A program made the position numbers and the translations under genes. The notes below the pieces were generated by a model, which saw only the letters and a program-made list of their open reading frames with translations, ran no database searches and had not been told where the DNA came from. Below, in pieces: positions 62,167-64,000 of a stretch of 64,000 nt of DNA (positions within the stretch are counted from its first letter, which is position 1; each line of letters begins with the position of its first letter). The DNA lies in assembly GCA_963663385.2 (NCBI GenBank), contig CAXXXD010000002.1, forward strand, positions 480,001-544,000. The letters are read 5' to 3'. The stretch comes from Oceanispirochaeta sp. Lineage in GTDB: Bacteria; Spirochaetota; Spirochaetia; DSM-2461.

Positions 62167-62409
62167 TTATTGCGAATCCTGAATGATCTCGTATTCACTA
62201 ATATCTACATAATCATCCCAGCTTAATCCGTGACCACCGACATCAACGTGGACATTTTTAAAGAAGCTATTATCTTTTAACTTTTGAAAGTGTTCATTTC
62301 TATTAATGACTTTATGACAATCGAATAATTTGGTCTGACCGTCCGAAAACTCGACATTAAGTATAAGATTATCCTTTGGAAGCACATTTATAATCTTTGG
62401 TATTATCAT
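62167..62409 (-). CDS. DUF2442 domain protein (putative antitoxin)
   Basis: L.VEFSDG..K.FD...F..L....FF..V.V...GL.W....DI pattern. Confidence 0.85.
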   Translation of the reverse strand: MIIPKIINVLPKDNLILNVEFSDGQTKLFDCHKVINRNEHFQKLKDNSFFKNVHVDVGGHGLSWDDYVDISEYEIIQDSQ

Positions 62410-62657
62410 TATTCTAACCCAGGTAATTTAATAAATTCTTTTGTTTTCCACATTTTCTTAAGTTCCGGTTTATAATCTTCAGCCCATTCTTTTATGAGTT
62501 TAATGGCCTTTCCCGGCAAATCACCTTCCAGCATTTCTAAAGAATCCAAATCAAAAATTCCATTATATTCATTATATATTGCGTGAAAATGAGGTGGCAG
62601 ATGATCGTTAAAATACATCTTGATCAAGATTCCATAGAATATTGTTATTACTGGCAT
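62409..62657 (-). CDS. DUF4160 domain protein (HicA-like putative toxin)
   Basis: MPVITIFYGILIKMYFNDHLPPHFHA.Y...G.LP..A..L..EWA...W. Confidence 0.88.
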   Translation of the reverse strand: MPVITIFYGILIKMYFNDHLPPHFHAIYNEYNGIFDLDSLEMLEGDLPGKAIKLIKEWAEDYKPELKKMWKTKEFIKLPGLE

Positions 62658-62898
62658 ATTTGCTCCTATAATCATTATACAGTTACTATAAAATATCATC
62701 AAATCCATTTAACCTGAATTCAGGTAATCAAATACTGTAAATGTTGATTGCTTTAATGGATTTTGTATTTATAAAAAAAGAACCCTCTCCTCGTGGGAGA
62801 GGCCGTATGCCAGCCTGAGCAACAAACGAAGTTTGTGACCAAGGGCAGGGTGAGGGTTGGCCTGAAGACCTCGACACTATACGATAGAAGCAAGACCA

Positions 62899-62934
62899 TT
62901 TCCCCCTCCCCGAGGAGGGGGCCAGGGGGAGGTC
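62899..62934. repeat. Solo 36-bp REP copy identical to the terminal palindrome of DUF559-array repeats 2 and 3
   Basis: TTTCCCCCTCCCCGAGGAGGGGGCCAGGGGGAGGTC exact match. Confidence 0.9.
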
Positions 62935-64000
62935 ACAGAAACAGACTCGCCTGAGCGTCATCCGCCGCACTGAGAAAGGAGGCCACGCCGCCCACTTCCA
63001 CGCCGTCGATCAGCTCCTCTTCCTTTATACCCATTACATCCAGAGTCATCTGACAGGCTACGATGCGCACACCGTTTTTCATGGCCTTCTGCATCAGTTC
63101 CTCCAGGCTGTCCACGCCAAGGGCCTTCATGCGGGCCTTCATCATGGCCGCGCCCATACCGCCCATATTCATTTTGGACAATCCCAGTCTGCCGGCGTGG
63201 TTCGGCAGCATCATGCCGAACATTCTGCCCATAAAGTCCTTTTTCACCCGTCCGGGTTTTTTCTTTCTCAGGATGGAAAGTCCCCAGAAGGTGAAGAACA
63301 GGGTCACTTCCTTGCCGGCCGAGGCGGCGCCGTTGGCAATAATGAAGGAGGCCAGGGCCTTGTCCATATCGTTGGAAAAAACGATCATGCTGGTCCCTTT
63401 CTGGGGGACGTTGGCAGTTTTCGCCGCTCCTGCCGCGCCGCCCTTTTTAATAACTGCTTCCACCTTGGCGCCCTTCTGGTCCACTGAAAGGACCGTATTG
63501 CCCGTCATCTTGGCCCAGGCGTAAACATCCGTGGCAAACCCCGGGTCAGTGGCTACTTCGCGGATCGCTTCGCCCGGGAGGATTTTGTCCATCTCCTCCT
63601 TCAGCTTCATAACAGGACCGGGGCACTGCAGGCCGCAGGCATCCACCTGAATGGTTTTAATATCGCCCGCCGCGGGGTGAACCGTATGGGCATTTTCCGC
63701 CTGGTAGATCATATCATCGTTACCGATAATATCCCGGCTGAAAATATCTTCGTTGCTCTGCTTCTGGGTGGACATATTGTATGTTTTAAGACCGCCGGAA
63801 AGATTGTACACTTCCTCAAGGCCGTTCATCCGGAGGATGCGTTCGGCAAAGTAGGCTCTTTTTCCCACACCGCAGAAGACAATAATCTTCCTGTCCCGGG
63901 GTACCTCTTCGATTCGGTCCCTCAGATCATCCAGGGGTATATTCATTGCGCCGTCCATGGTATCGATACCGAATTCTTCTGGCGTTCTTACGTCAAGAAA
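62933..64000 (-). CDS. C-terminal part of a rhodanese-TusA-DsrE2 fusion (probably a CoA-disulfide reductase fusion); runs off the right edge
   Basis: Rhodanese FCGVGKRA/NLSGG, TusA DACGLQCPGP, DsrE2 LFFTFWGL...ACQMTLDVMG. Confidence 0.88.
   Translation of the reverse strand, partial: FLDVRTPEEFGIDTMDGAMNIPLDDLRDRIEEVPRDRKIIVFCGVGKRAYFAERILRMNGLEEVYNLSGGLKTYNMSTQKQSNEDIFSRDIIGNDDMIYQAENAHTVHPAAGDIKTIQVDACGLQCPGPVMKLKEEMDKILPGEAIREVATDPGFATDVYAWAKMTGNTVLSVDQKGAKVEAVIKKGGAAGAAKTANVPQKGTSMIVFSNDMDKALASFIIANGAASAGKEVTLFFTFWGLSILRKKKPGRVKKDFMGRMFGMMLPNHAGRLGLSKMNMGGMGAAMMKARMKALGVDSLEELMQKAMKNGVRIVACQMTLDVMGIKEEELIDGVEVGGVASFLSAADDAQASLFL

Noticed and set aside
1..64000. rRNA, tRNA, prophage or integrase genes
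   Set aside because: No such signatures recognised by eye; tRNAscan/Infernal would be needed to exclude small RNAs fully

Overview
A 64-kb chromosomal segment, probably from a free-living anaerobic spirochaete (Spirochaetaceae-like; inferred from the S21, RecJ and lipoprotein signal styles, not from a database match). Left part: housekeeping genes (lon, recO, MCP, thpR, pdp, recJ, M23 peptidase, rpsU with an apparent ATC start), a RAYT, a FecCD/BtuCDF-type ABC + methyltransferase + FmdE operon, an M16C peptidase, an Lnb/DUF4105 protein and a 61-aa bacterial histone-fold gene. Middle: a frameshifted xanthine-dehydrogenase-family operon and a ~19-kb sugar/polyol catabolic region (GntR, two FGGY kinases, hexitol-P dehydrogenase, GatZ/KbaZ, two-component system, ABC, two UroD/MtaA-family proteins, Zn-ADH, FucU) linked by two recognisable operator motifs. 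That region is interrupted by an IS1111-type IS110 element whose bridge/seek RNA guides can be read directly and point at a Shine-Dalgarno sequence. Right part: a triple tandem array of DUF559 nuclease genes alternating with four ~190-bp REP-rich repeats, a purine-deaminase/YgfM/XdhD operon, an AT-rich surface-protein cluster, a decayed RecG-like + ParA module, a DUF4160/DUF2442 pair and the 3' end of a rhodanese-TusA-DsrE fusion. No rRNA, tRNA or CRISPR array was seen.
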